In this document: one piece after another, positions 28,693 through 38,307 of the stretch
Layout: each line of letters opens with the position of its first letter
How positions within the stretch are numbered: position 1 is the stretch's first letter
Source of the DNA: Desulfatiglandales bacterium
Lineage (GTDB): Bacteria; Desulfobacterota; DSM-4660; Desulfatiglandales; Desulfatiglandaceae
Direction: 5' to 3'
Length of the DNA: 64,000 bases
NCBI GenBank assembly: GCA_963662465.1
Contig: OY759599.1
Location: 1,952,001 to 2,016,000, forward strand
The notes under the pieces: model-generated
What the model was told of the DNA's origin: nothing
Seen by the model: the letters and a program-made list of their open reading frames with translations, nothing else
Database searches by the model: none
Position numbers and translations under genes: made by a program

Positions 28693-28929
28693 TCATTCAT
28701 CAACGTTGTTTTTGGAAAGTCTGAAAGCTTTTACCATTCGCAAAACAAAACCCAGCACCAGGGTGGCGCTGATGAGAATCATGAGATTGGAAGCAAAAAA
28801 AGCCATGATAAAAGAATAGGGATTCCCAAGTTTATAGGCGGATATGAGCATCAGAATCCCGAAAACCAGAAAAAAACAACCCACAAGGATCAAAAGAAGC
28901 TGACGCACCCACCAGAAAATACCGAACAT
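28693..28929 (-). CDS. Small two-TM membrane protein
   Basis: Two hydrophobic segments; lies in the operon between meaB and the regulator. Confidence 0.65.
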   Translation of the reverse strand: MFGIFWWVRQLLLILVGCFFLVFGILMLISAYKLGNPYSFIMAFFASNLMILISATLVLGFVLRMVKAFRLSKNNVDE

Positions 28930-28957
28930 GAAGTTATCTTTTCCCTTAATAGACTGA

Positions 28958-29932
28958 CTATCCGTCGGCAGGAAGCCCGCCCAATGCGGGAAACACCAGG
29001 TTTTCACAGGCGGTATAGGGATCCAGGCGACCCTTCACAATCGCATCCACAGCACTATCAAAATCCCCACTTTCCGTCAGTTTATCCAGCACTTCCTCAA
29101 ACAACCGGGCCTTGATCATATCCACCAGCTCCTGGCGTACCCTGTCCGGGCTTCGCCTGGATTTAAGCCCCCCCGCTGATTGTTCCAGGTATTGGGCATG
29201 TTGATCGACCGCTTCCAGAAAATCGTCCACGCCCTTATCAAACACAGCTTCCACCTTGATGATGGGCGGTTTCCACAGACCTCTGTCAAATTTTCGCTGG
29301 TCCATCTCGATCATCAACCGCAGTTCATTGAGGGTTTTATCGCTCCCTTCGCGGTCGCTTTTGTTGATCAGAAAGATATCGCCCACTTCCAGAATTCCCG
29401 CCTTGATGGCTTGAATATCGTCTCCCATGCCGGGAACCACCACAATCACCGTGGTATGGGCGCTCCGCACCACATCCACTTCATCCTGACCTACCCCCAC
29501 GGTTTCCACCAGGATCACGTCCTTGCCCATGGCATCCAGAATGTCAATGGCGCTTCGGGTGGACTGGGTCAATCCGCCGAAATGACCCCGGGTGGCAAGG
29601 GATCGGATAAAGACCCCCGAATCCATACTGTGTCGCTGCATGCGAACCCGGTCCCCCAAAATCGCCCCCCCGCTGAAAGGACTGGTGGGATCCACCGCCA
29701 GAACCCCCACGGTTTTCCCCCGCTTTCTCAGATGGGCCAGCATCTGATCCACCAGGGTACTCTTTCCCACGCCCGGCGCGCCGGTGATGCCGATAACGTA
29801 AGCCCGCCCCGTATGGGGATAAAGCGCTTTTAAAACATCCCGCACCTCGGGCATGCCATCGTCCACATCGCGAATAAGACGGGCCACGGCCCGCACATCG
29901 CCGCTGGTTACTTTTTCAACCAAATCTTTCAT
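28958..29932 (-). CDS. meaB: MeaB/ArgK mutase-chaperone GTPase
   Basis: GAPGVGKST, AVDPTSPFSGGAILGDRVRM, ETVGVGQDE, NKSD. Confidence 0.95.
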   Translation of the reverse strand: MKDLVEKVTSGDVRAVARLIRDVDDGMPEVRDVLKALYPHTGRAYVIGITGAPGVGKSTLVDQMLAHLRKRGKTVGVLAVDPTSPFSGGAILGDRVRMQRHSMDSGVFIRSLATRGHFGGLTQSTRSAIDILDAMGKDVILVETVGVGQDEVDVVRSAHTTVIVVVPGMGDDIQAIKAGILEVGDIFLINKSDREGSDKTLNELRLMIEMDQRKFDRGLWKPPIIKVEAVFDKGVDDFLEAVDQHAQYLEQSAGGLKSRRSPDRVRQELVDMIKARLFEEVLDKLTESGDFDSAVDAIVKGRLDPYTACENLVFPALGGLPADG

Positions 29933-29968
29933 GGTATATGCCTTTTTTATCTAAGGCGGAAAACCGCA

Positions 29969-30043
29969 GTTTTAAGTTTTAGGTTTTAAGTTATCCTAAT
30001 CAATGAATTGCTTGTTTTTAACTTAAAACTTAAAACTTAAAAC
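29969..30043. repeat. Inverted heptamer array (GTTTTAA)n...(TTAAAAC)n
   Basis: 24-nt arms at 29969-29992 and 30020-30043, complementary with one mismatch. Confidence 0.85.
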
Positions 30044-30044
30044 C

Positions 30045-30073
30045 GTGTCTGAACGGGCTTTTCGTTCAGACAC
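30045..30073 (-). terminator. Perfect 11-bp hairpin directly after the mutase small-subunit stop
   Basis: gtgtctgaacg-ggctttt-cgttcagacac, followed by GGTTTT on the - strand. Confidence 0.5.
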
Positions 30074-30477
30074 TATCTAGGCGTCACGTTTTCCCGCACC
30101 CATTTGACAATTTCATCCATGGTGGTTCCCGGCGTAAAGATCTCCTTGACCCCGGCCGCTTTAAGCCTTGCGATATCATCATCGGGAATAATGCCGCCGC
30201 CGCACACCACAATATCATCGGCGCCCTTTTCCCGCAGAAGATCCAAAACCGCCTGGAACAGATACTTGTGGGCCCCGGCCAGACTGGACAGACCGATCAT
30301 GTCCACGTCTTCCTGGATAGCCGCCTCCACGATCTCCTCGGGCGTCTGGTGAAGCCCCGTATAGACCACCTCAAACCCCGCATCGCGGTAGGCCCGCGCA
30401 ATGATTCTCGCTCCCCGGTCATGCCCATCCAATCCGGGCTTGGCAACCATTACCCTGACTCTTCGTTCGCGTTTCAT
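30073..30477 (-). CDS. icmB: Acyl-CoA mutase small (cobalamin-binding) subunit
   Basis: [10 protein letters not shown] (DxHxxG), GLSSL, GGGIIP, FTPG. Confidence 0.85.
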   Translation of the reverse strand: MKRERRVRVMVAKPGLDGHDRGARIIARAYRDAGFEVVYTGLHQTPEEIVEAAIQEDVDMIGLSSLAGAHKYLFQAVLDLLREKGADDIVVCGGGIIPDDDIARLKAAGVKEIFTPGTTMDEIVKWVRENVTPR

Positions 30478-30489
30478 AGTTTCCTCTCT

Positions 30490-32178
30490 CTAGTAAATCC
30501 CCGGATCGCGGTAAGAACCATACACATCCCTGAAAACGTCGCAAACTTCCTGAAGCGTAGCGCCGGATTTAACCGCATCGATGAGCGGTTCCATCACATT
30601 TTCACTCCCCGAGCAGGCCTCCCCCACCCTTTCAAGACAACGGGCCACCTCCGGGGCCTTGCGATTCTCCTTGACCCGGTTGGTTTTTTCAATCTGCTGC
30701 GCTTCCAGTTCCTCGTCGATTTCCAGCACCTCCACGGGGATGTCTTCTTCCTCGATAGCGTACTTGTTCACTCCCACCACAGTCTTTTCGCCATTATCGA
30801 TCTGCTTCTGATAGTGATAGGCCGCATCGGCAATTTCCAACTGGGGGTAATTACGTTCGATGGCAGCCAGCATGCCCCCCATATCATCAATTTTCTGAAT
30901 AATTTCAAAAGCCGCCTCTTCCATCTCGTTGGTCAGCTTTTCCACGAAATAGCTTCCCCCCAGGGGGTCGATGGTATTGGCAACGCCCGATTCTTCCGCA
31001 ATGATCTGCTGGGTCCGGAGCGCGATGGTGGCGGCCTCCTCCGTGGGAATGGCCAGCACCTCGTCCAAAGAATTGGTATGGAGCGACTGGGTGCCCCCCA
31101 TGACGGCAGCCAGACCCTGGAGTGCAGTTCTCACCACATTGTTATAGGGCTGCTGCGCCGTGAGGGAACAGCCCGCCGTCTGGGTGTGAAACCGCATCCA
31201 CAAGGACCGCGGGTCTTTTGCCTTGAAGCGATCTTTCATGATCCGGGCCCACATGCGCCGGGCCGCGCGAAATTTGGCTACCTCTTCGAAGAAATCCAGG
31301 TGGGAGTTGAAGAAGAAGGAAAATCGCGGTGCAAACTGGTCCACATGCAGCCCCCGTTCCAGAGCCTTTTCCGTGTAGGCGATGCCGTCGGCCAGGGTAA
31401 AAGCCAATTCCTGCACCGCCGTTGAGCCCGCCTCCCGAATATGGTAGCCGCTGATGCTGATGGTATTCCATCTCGGCACCTGGCGGGTGCCGAATTCCAC
31501 AGTGTCCGTCACGATGCGAACGGACGGTTCAGGCGGACACATAAAGGTTTTCTGGGCCACGAACTCCTTCAGCATATCGTTCTGGATGGTGCCGCCCAGG
31601 ATTTTTCGGTCGATCCCGCGGTTTTCCGCCATGGCGATATACATGGCCCAGACAACAGCAGCGGGCGGATTGATGGTCATGGAGGTGGTGATCTGGTCGA
31701 TGGGAAGCCCCGCAAACAGGTCCTCCATGTCTTTCAGGGTATCAATGGCCACGCCGCACTTGCCGCACTCGCCCCTGGCCTTTGGGGAATCCGAGTCGTA
31801 TCCCATCAGGGTGGGCATGTCAAAGGCCGTGGAAAGACCGGTCTGGCCTTCACGAACCAGGAGATGAAAGCGTTTGTTGGTGTCCGCGGCACTGCCCAGG
31901 CCCGCGAACATGCGCATGGTCCAGAGACGGCCCCGATACATGGAGGGCTGTACCCCCCGGGTATAGGGATAGTCGCCGGGGAACCCGATATCCGCGGCAA
32001 AATCCTGATCTTTCAGGTCCGCCGGCGTATAAAGATCATTGATAACCCGATCTGAAACCGTGGAAAACCGGCTTAACCGCTCCGGTTTGACGGCAAAAAC
32101 CCGGGTCAGTTTTTGTTTCCACGCGGCATACTTTTCTTCGATATCTTGAAAAATCTTGGGATTAAAGGTCAAAGCCAT
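30490..32178 (-). CDS. icmA: Acyl-CoA mutase large subunit, isobutyryl-CoA mutase type
   Basis: PYTRG, WTMRMFAG (Phe at the MCM Tyr89 position), QNDMLKEFVAQ (Gln at the MCM Arg207 position), ISGYHIREAG. Confidence 0.82.
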   Translation of the reverse strand: MALTFNPKIFQDIEEKYAAWKQKLTRVFAVKPERLSRFSTVSDRVINDLYTPADLKDQDFAADIGFPGDYPYTRGVQPSMYRGRLWTMRMFAGLGSAADTNKRFHLLVREGQTGLSTAFDMPTLMGYDSDSPKARGECGKCGVAIDTLKDMEDLFAGLPIDQITTSMTINPPAAVVWAMYIAMAENRGIDRKILGGTIQNDMLKEFVAQKTFMCPPEPSVRIVTDTVEFGTRQVPRWNTISISGYHIREAGSTAVQELAFTLADGIAYTEKALERGLHVDQFAPRFSFFFNSHLDFFEEVAKFRAARRMWARIMKDRFKAKDPRSLWMRFHTQTAGCSLTAQQPYNNVVRTALQGLAAVMGGTQSLHTNSLDEVLAIPTEEAATIALRTQQIIAEESGVANTIDPLGGSYFVEKLTNEMEEAAFEIIQKIDDMGGMLAAIERNYPQLEIADAAYHYQKQIDNGEKTVVGVNKYAIEEEDIPVEVLEIDEELEAQQIEKTNRVKENRKAPEVARCLERVGEACSGSENVMEPLIDAVKSGATLQEVCDVFRDVYGSYRDPGIY

Positions 32179-32194
32179 GGCCCACCTCCTGTCT

Positions 32195-32272
32195 GATTGT
32201 TGATTGTTGATTGTTGATTGTCGATTGTTGATTTAAGGCCAATCACCAATCAACAATCGCAAATCATCAATC
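32195..32272. repeat. Inverted heptamer array (GATTGTT)n...(AATCAAC-like)n
   Basis: gattgtt x3, gattgtc, gattgtt, gattt - aaggcc - aatcacc aatcaac aatcgca aatcatc aatc. Confidence 0.85.
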
Positions 32273-33412
32273 CCTAATGAGGTTTTTTGCCACCACCAGA
32301 CGCATAATCTCGTTGGTGCCCTCATAAATCTGGCATATTTTCGCGTCCCGCATGTGACGTTCCATGGGATATTCCTTGCAGTACCCGTATCCTCCCAGGA
32401 TCTGCACCCCTTCGACGGAGGCTCTCATCGCCGCGTCCGAGGCGAACATCTTGGCCATGGCCGCTTCCTTCTCATAAGGTTTATGGTGACTTTCCAGCCA
32501 GGCGGCCCGAAGGGTCAGCAATTCCGCCGCATCCAGTTCCGTAGCCATATCCGCCAGTTTCCACTGGATGGCCTGAAAGCTGGTAATGGGTTTTCCGAAC
32601 TGCTCCCGGGTCTTGGCATATTTAACGGCATCTTCCAGTACCGACCGACCAATGCCGATAGCCTGGGCCGCAATGCCGATGCGCCCCCCGTCCAGGGTAC
32701 TCAGCATCTGCCTGAACCCATCGCCTTCATTTCCCAGAAGGCCGTCGGCGGGGAGCCTGGCATCCTCAAAAATCAGTTCCGAAGTTCCCGAGGCCAGGAT
32801 GCCCATTTTTTCTTCCAACCGCCCCACCTTGAACCCAGGGGTATTTTCCAGATCTACCACAAAGGAGCTGATCCCCTTGTAGCCTTTCCCTTTCTCGGTG
32901 ACGGCGGCGATCACAGCGTAGCGGGCCACATTGCCATTGGTAATGAATTTCTTTTCCCCATTGATGACCCATTCATCCCCATCTCTAACAGCCGTGGTCC
33001 GCAAGCCTGCGGGATCGGACCCGGCGCCGGCCTCGGTAAGGCCATAGCAGCCCAGATATTCTCCCGCGGCACAGGGATAAAGGTATTTCTTCTTCTGAGC
33101 CTCCGTACCATACGCATAAACCGGAAAACAGTAGAGGGAATTGTTGACGCTCATGATGACCCCTGTGGAGGCGCAAGCCTTGGACACCTCGATCAAAGCC
33201 AGCGCGTAGCTAACATAATCCATGCCGCCGCCGCCGTATTCCTCAGGCACGGCAATGCCCAGCATTTTCAACTCTCCCAGTTGTTTGACGATCTCCGCCG
33301 GATGGGCATGGGTCTCATCCAGCAGGGCAGCCTTGGGCCGAATCTCCGCCTCAGCAAAGCGGGCCGCCATCTCTTGCACCATCTGCTGTTCTTCGGTTAA
33401 TGCGAAGTCCAT
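32267..33412 (-). CDS. Acyl-CoA dehydrogenase (butyryl-CoA DH-like)
   Basis: YGLTEAGAGSD, KKFITNG, REQFGK, QILGGYGY, YEGT. Confidence 0.95.
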   Translation of the reverse strand: MDFALTEEQQMVQEMAARFAEAEIRPKAALLDETHAHPAEIVKQLGELKMLGIAVPEEYGGGGMDYVSYALALIEVSKACASTGVIMSVNNSLYCFPVYAYGTEAQKKKYLYPCAAGEYLGCYGLTEAGAGSDPAGLRTTAVRDGDEWVINGEKKFITNGNVARYAVIAAVTEKGKGYKGISSFVVDLENTPGFKVGRLEEKMGILASGTSELIFEDARLPADGLLGNEGDGFRQMLSTLDGGRIGIAAQAIGIGRSVLEDAVKYAKTREQFGKPITSFQAIQWKLADMATELDAAELLTLRAAWLESHHKPYEKEAAMAKMFASDAAMRASVEGVQILGGYGYCKEYPMERHMRDAKICQIYEGTNEIMRLVVAKNLIRD

Positions 33413-33417
33413 GGTTG

Positions 33418-34206
33418 TTACGCGAGCTCCCCTTTAAAATCGGGTTTTCGTTTCTCCAGGAATGCCGTCATCCCTTCCTTTCCATCCGGGCTGGACATGC
33501 ACAGGCCAAAGGCGTCCGCCTCCATGAAGTTGCCCGTGCGAAGATCCACGTCAAAGCCACGATCAATGGTATTCTTGATGGCCCGCATGGACACTTTTCC
33601 CTTGCCTGCAATGACCTTCGCGGTCTTTATTGTCGCTTCCCACAGTTCATCCGCAGAAAACACCTTGTTGGCAAGGCCGATCTCTTTTGCTTCCTGAGCG
33701 CCGATGATGGCGCCCGTCATGCAGAGTTCCTTGGCCATTGCTTTCCCCACAAGCCGGGACAGCCGCTGGGTTCCCCCAAATCCAGGCATAATGCCGAGAT
33801 TGATCTCAGGTTGACCGAACTTGGCCTTTTCAGAGGCATAGATAAAATCACATGCCATGGCCATCTCGGTTCCGCCTCCGAGAGCAAACCCGTTGACACA
33901 GGCAATCACCGGTATTGGAAGACTTTCAAGCCGAAAAAACAGGTTCTGACCTTCCAGGGAAAACTGCCGACCCTGAAGGGGTGAAAAGGTGGACATGTGA
34001 CCGATGTCGGCGCCGGCAATAAACGCTTTTTCGCCTTCGCCGGTCAGCACCAGCACCTTGATATTCGCATCCGCCTCAATCGTGTCCAGGGCTTCACCCA
34101 TTTCAGCCAGTACGCCCGGGTTGATGGCATTTAACGCCTTAGGCCGGTTGAACTTAATAATGGCTATATTTCCATCTACTTCAAAAATAATGTTTTCAAA
34201 TGACAT
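33418..34206 (-). CDS. crt: Enoyl-CoA hydratase (crotonase)
   Basis: NRPKALNA, AFIAGADI, GGGTE, QPEINLG (both catalytic Glu present). Confidence 0.88.
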   Translation of the reverse strand: MSFENIIFEVDGNIAIIKFNRPKALNAINPGVLAEMGEALDTIEADANIKVLVLTGEGEKAFIAGADIGHMSTFSPLQGRQFSLEGQNLFFRLESLPIPVIACVNGFALGGGTEMAMACDFIYASEKAKFGQPEINLGIMPGFGGTQRLSRLVGKAMAKELCMTGAIIGAQEAKEIGLANKVFSADELWEATIKTAKVIAGKGKVSMRAIKNTIDRGFDVDLRTGNFMEADAFGLCMSSPDGKEGMTAFLEKRKPDFKGELA

Positions 34207-34249
34207 GATATATTTCCCCCATCCGGTTGAGATATCAAAAAAACATTTG

Positions 34250-34305
34250 CCGGTTTCCGGTTCACCGGTGACGGTCTTTAAAACCAAAAACCGGAAACCG
34301 GAAAC
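34250..34305. repeat. Inverted heptamer array (CCGGTTT)n...(AAACCGG)n
   Basis: ccggttt ccggttc accggtg ... aaaccaa aaaccgg aaaccgg aaac. Confidence 0.7.
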
Positions 34306-34315
34306 TTTCAGATGA

Positions 34316-35599
34316 TTAACAAGCCTCCAGAATCATGGCCATACCCTGGCCCCCGCCGATGCAGAGGGATGCCAGACCCAATGCCACATTCTTGCGCATC
34401 ATTTCACTCATTAGGGTCAACGTAATGCGGGCGCCCGAGCAGCCGACGGGATGTCCGATGGAAATACCGCTGCCCAGCACATTGGTTTTTTCCATGTCGC
34501 ATTTCAGTTCCCGCACACAGGCGATGGCCTGGGAGGCAAAGGCCTCGTTCAGCTCAATGGACCCAAAATCATCGATGGTCAAATTTTCGCTCTTCAACAG
34601 TTTTCGAACCGCCGGAATGGGTCCCAGACCCATGTAGGCCGGATCAATCCCCGCACTTGCATAGGCACGGATTTTCACCAGAGGCTTCAACCCCAGGTTT
34701 TTTGCTTTTTCCGCCGACATAAGCAGAAGGGCCGCCGCTGCATCGTTGATCCCGGAGGCGTTTCCCGCCGTCACGGTCCCGTCTTTCTTAAAGGCGGGCC
34801 TGAGCTTGGCCATCTTTTCCAAGCTGGTCGCCATGGGACGCTCATCCGTATCAAAAATCAGGGGATCTTTTTTTCGCTGGGGAATGATCACCGGCGCAAT
34901 CTCGTCCTTGAAAAGACCGTCGGCGATGGCTTTCATGGCTCGCTGGTGACTCAAGGCGCCCAGTTCATCCTGCTCCAGCCTTGAAATGCCGTATTTTTCC
35001 GCGATGTTTTCGGCGGTAAGCCCCATATGGTATCCATAGAAAATCTCAAACAGGCCGTCCATGATCATCAGATCCACCATTTCCGCATTGTTCATTCTGG
35101 CGCCCCAGCGGGCCGCGGGCAGGGCATAGGGAATGAGGCTCATGTTTTCCATGCCGCCCGCCAGAATCACATCCGCCTCGCCGGCGGCAATGGACTGGGC
35201 AGCCAGGGCAATAGCTTTCATGCCGGAAGCACAAACCTTGTTCAGACTGAAAGCACTGGTTTCCTTTGCAATGCCGGCCTTGATCATGGCCTGGCGCGCC
35301 ACGTTCTGCCCCTGGGCCGCGCCCACCACATTTCCCATGATCACTTCATCGATTTCAACGGGCTGAAAACCGTCATCGTAATCATAAGCCTTTTTTTCAA
35401 GATCAATCATTCCCAGGCCCTTGAGGGAATCGGGATCAAATTGAGACAAATTATCCGTGACCACCGGTTTTAACTGTACATTTTTGAGGGTTTCTTTCAA
35501 TACCAGTGACCCCAACTGTACCACGGGCGTTGATTTCAACGTCTTGCCGAATGTACCTACAGGTGTTCTTTTTCCAGAAACAACCACCACATCTCTCAT
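34316..35599 (-). CDS. Acetyl-CoA C-acyltransferase (thiolase) with N-terminal insertion
   Basis: NKVCASG, NEAFA, GHPVG, LCIGGG. Confidence 0.95.
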   Translation of the reverse strand: MRDVVVVSGKRTPVGTFGKTLKSTPVVQLGSLVLKETLKNVQLKPVVTDNLSQFDPDSLKGLGMIDLEKKAYDYDDGFQPVEIDEVIMGNVVGAAQGQNVARQAMIKAGIAKETSAFSLNKVCASGMKAIALAAQSIAAGEADVILAGGMENMSLIPYALPAARWGARMNNAEMVDLMIMDGLFEIFYGYHMGLTAENIAEKYGISRLEQDELGALSHQRAMKAIADGLFKDEIAPVIIPQRKKDPLIFDTDERPMATSLEKMAKLRPAFKKDGTVTAGNASGINDAAAALLLMSAEKAKNLGLKPLVKIRAYASAGIDPAYMGLGPIPAVRKLLKSENLTIDDFGSIELNEAFASQAIACVRELKCDMEKTNVLGSGISIGHPVGCSGARITLTLMSEMMRKNVALGLASLCIGGGQGMAMILEAC

Positions 35600-35626
35600 T
35601 CTTTTCTCTCCTAATATTTAAGATAT

Positions 35627-36817
35627 TTAAGCTTCGTTATAAACCACCAACGTCACGGCTTCGCCGCCCCCCAGACAAAGGGAGGCCTCGCCGATTTCAG
35701 CGCCGCGGTCCTTCATGGCATAAATCAGCGTGGTCAACACCCTGGCGCCACTGGCCCCGATAGGGTGTCCGATGGCCACGGAGCCGCCATGGATATTCAC
35801 CCGCGACGGATCAATGCCCAGCTCCCGGTTGATGGCCACGGATGACGTGCTGAACGCCTCATTGATCTCATGCAGATCGATATCCCCCACCTTGAGGCCA
35901 TCCTTTGCCAGAACTTTCGGTATGGACAACATCGGCGCTACCAGCACATACTTCATATCCAGTCCCGAGGCGCCCTGTGCCCCCACACGCACCAGGGGCT
36001 TGCACCCAAGCGCGTCGGCCTTTTCCCGGCTCATCACCACCAGGGCCGATGCCCCGTCCGCGATTTTGGAGGCATTCCCGGCGGTCACAAGACCATCCTT
36101 TTTAAACGCCGGGCGCAGCCTTTTGAGACCTTCTACGGAGGTCAGGGGTTTTCGGTTTGGAATTTCATCCATATCGAAAATCACCGGGTCGCCCTTTCGG
36201 CTTGGAATTTCCACGGGAACGATTTCACCGCTGAATTTTCCCTGCTCCTGAGCCTTCCATGATTTTTCATAGGAATCAAGGGCAAATGCATCAGAATCTT
36301 CACGATTTACTTTATATTTTTCAGACACCAGTTCCGCACTGATCCCCATGTGAAAATCGTTCACATGATCCCAGAGCCCGTCATGCACCATGCCGTCGAC
36401 CATCTTGCCGTTGTTCATGCGATACCCTGTCCTGGCCTGTTTCAACATGTAGGGGCAAAGGTTCATGTTTTCCTGTCCCCCCGCCACCACCACATCCGCA
36501 TCGCCGCACATGATGGCCTGGGCCGCCAGCATCACCGCCTTCAGACCTGAACCGCACACTTTATTGATGGTAATAGCACCCACATCCCAGGGCAACCCCG
36601 CGCGAACCATGGTCTGTCGGGCGGGATTCTGTCCCAGCCCATGGGGCAGCACGTTGCCCATGATCACCTCGTCCACATCCTTGTTCTCAACGCCTGCCCG
36701 CTTCAGGGCCTCCTTGATCACCAATGCCCCGAGATCCGTGGCGGAAACAGTACTCAAGAACCCCGCGAAATCGCCGACAGGGGTCCTGCAGGCACTGACA
36801 ATAACAACTTCTCTCAT
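35627..36817 (-). CDS. Acetyl-CoA acetyltransferase (thiolase)
   Basis: NKVCGSG, NEAF, GHPIG, LCLGGG. Confidence 0.95.
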   Translation of the reverse strand: MREVVIVSACRTPVGDFAGFLSTVSATDLGALVIKEALKRAGVENKDVDEVIMGNVLPHGLGQNPARQTMVRAGLPWDVGAITINKVCGSGLKAVMLAAQAIMCGDADVVVAGGQENMNLCPYMLKQARTGYRMNNGKMVDGMVHDGLWDHVNDFHMGISAELVSEKYKVNREDSDAFALDSYEKSWKAQEQGKFSGEIVPVEIPSRKGDPVIFDMDEIPNRKPLTSVEGLKRLRPAFKKDGLVTAGNASKIADGASALVVMSREKADALGCKPLVRVGAQGASGLDMKYVLVAPMLSIPKVLAKDGLKVGDIDLHEINEAFSTSSVAINRELGIDPSRVNIHGGSVAIGHPIGASGARVLTTLIYAMKDRGAEIGEASLCLGGGEAVTLVVYNEA

Positions 36818-36972
36818 TAAATTTCCCCTTTCAAAAAACCGATCCGCTATATCCACAAAATTTTCCCTAAAAACAGATTATCAGTATATAATAAAGGACC
36901 TCTTTTCAAGTCAAGACAATTCACGACATGCAAATATTCGCGGTTAGCGAATAGAGAAAAGGAGAAAAGCGC

Positions 36973-38307
36973 ATGAGCAACTTGCGACAAACCGTTTTTT
37001 TCAACCAGCACCTGGCCCTGGGCGCAAAGATGGTGGAATTCGGCGGCTGGGAAATGCCCATCATGTATCCGGAGGGCATCATCCGGGAACATCTTGAAAC
37101 CCGCCGGGGAGCGGGATTATTTGACGTAAGCCACATGGGCCGCTTCGTAATCAGGGGAAAGGAAGCGTTACCATTCCTTCAGCATGTCCTCACCAACAAC
37201 GCTGCGGCACTCGATATTAAAACCATTGGCGCTCAGTATACCCTTATTCCCACCGAAACCGGCGGCGCCGTGGATGATGCTTATCTTTATCGCTTTCAAA
37301 CGGATGAATATCTGCTGGTGGTCAATGCCGCCAATCGGGATAAGGACAGGCGACATCTAAAGTGTTTTACGGAGGCTTACCCTGAAATCCAGATCCTCGA
37401 CCGCACCAGGGAAATGGCCATGCTCTCCCTTCAGGGACCGGCATCCAGAAGCATCCTGCAAAGGATCATGCCGGGTGAAAATCTTCCGGAACCCAGACGG
37501 AACTCAGTTTGCACCGTTTCAATTTCAGGGGTCCAGGTGCTTGTTGCCCGCACCGGTTATACCGGTGAACCGCTCTGCTTTGAACTCTTTGTGGATGGAA
37601 ACCATGCCCCCCTGTTGTGGGATCATTTGCTGGCCGAAGGGGCTGCGCCGGTGGGGCTGGGTGCAAGGGATACGCTCCGCCTGGAAGCGGGACTTCCCCT
37701 TTATGGGCACGAACTGGGCACGGATCCGGAAGGACGGGAAATCCCCATCCTGGCCTGCCCCATCACAAAGTCCGCTGTCAGTTTTTCACCACTGAAAGGG
37801 GATTTTGTGGGAAGAGAAGCGCTGATAAAACAATTTGAAGCCTTTAAGCGCATCATTTCCCATGATGCCCCTCATCCAACCAACCTCCCTCGAATGATCC
37901 GGCCCATAGCGCTCACTGAAAGGGGGGTTGCCCGGCCGGGATCAAAGGTCTTCAAAGGGGACCGTCACGTGGGCGTCATCACCAGCGGCACCATGGTCCC
38001 CTATTGGGTTGTGAAGGGCGAAGGATTAAAATCGGAATTGACCGATGAACACCGACTTCGCGCCATCTGTCTGGGCTATGTGGACAGCGGCCTCAACGTG
38101 GATGATCCCCTCGTTGTTGAAATCCGAGGTAAATCGGTTAAGGCCGTGGTCGCGCCCTTTCACATGAGATCCGATGCGCCCCCCTATGCCCGACCGATTC
38201 TTCAAGGTGGAACGTCTGCTGGAAGCGGAATTACAGGCCTACCTGGGTTGCCGGGAGGTGGAAACCCGTCTAATCAGCGGACAGATGGCCAATATGGCCG
38301 TGTATAG
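36973..38307 (+). CDS. gcvT: Glycine cleavage T protein (aminomethyltransferase); the tail after ~38200 appears out of frame
   Basis: MVEFGGWEMP, GLFDVSHMG, ARTGYTGE, GLGARDTLRLEAG. Confidence 0.85.
   Translation: MSNLRQTVFFNQHLALGAKMVEFGGWEMPIMYPEGIIREHLETRRGAGLFDVSHMGRFVIRGKEALPFLQHVLTNNAAALDIKTIGAQYTLIPTETGGAVDDAYLYRFQTDEYLLVVNAANRDKDRRHLKCFTEAYPEIQILDRTREMAMLSLQGPASRSILQRIMPGENLPEPRRNSVCTVSISGVQVLVARTGYTGEPLCFELFVDGNHAPLLWDHLLAEGAAPVGLGARDTLRLEAGLPLYGHELGTDPEGREIPILACPITKSAVSFSPLKGDFVGREALIKQFEAFKRIISHDAPHPTNLPRMIRPIALTERGVARPGSKVFKGDRHVGVITSGTMVPYWVVKGEGLKSELTDEHRLRAICLGYVDSGLNVDDPLVVEIRGKSVKAVVAPFHMRSDAPPYARPILQGGTSAGSGITGLPGLPGGGNPSNQRTDGQYGRV

Noticed and set aside
30490..32178. Methylmalonyl-CoA mutase call
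   Set aside because: Lacks the Tyr/Arg pair that binds the substrate carboxylate, and no epimerase is adjacent
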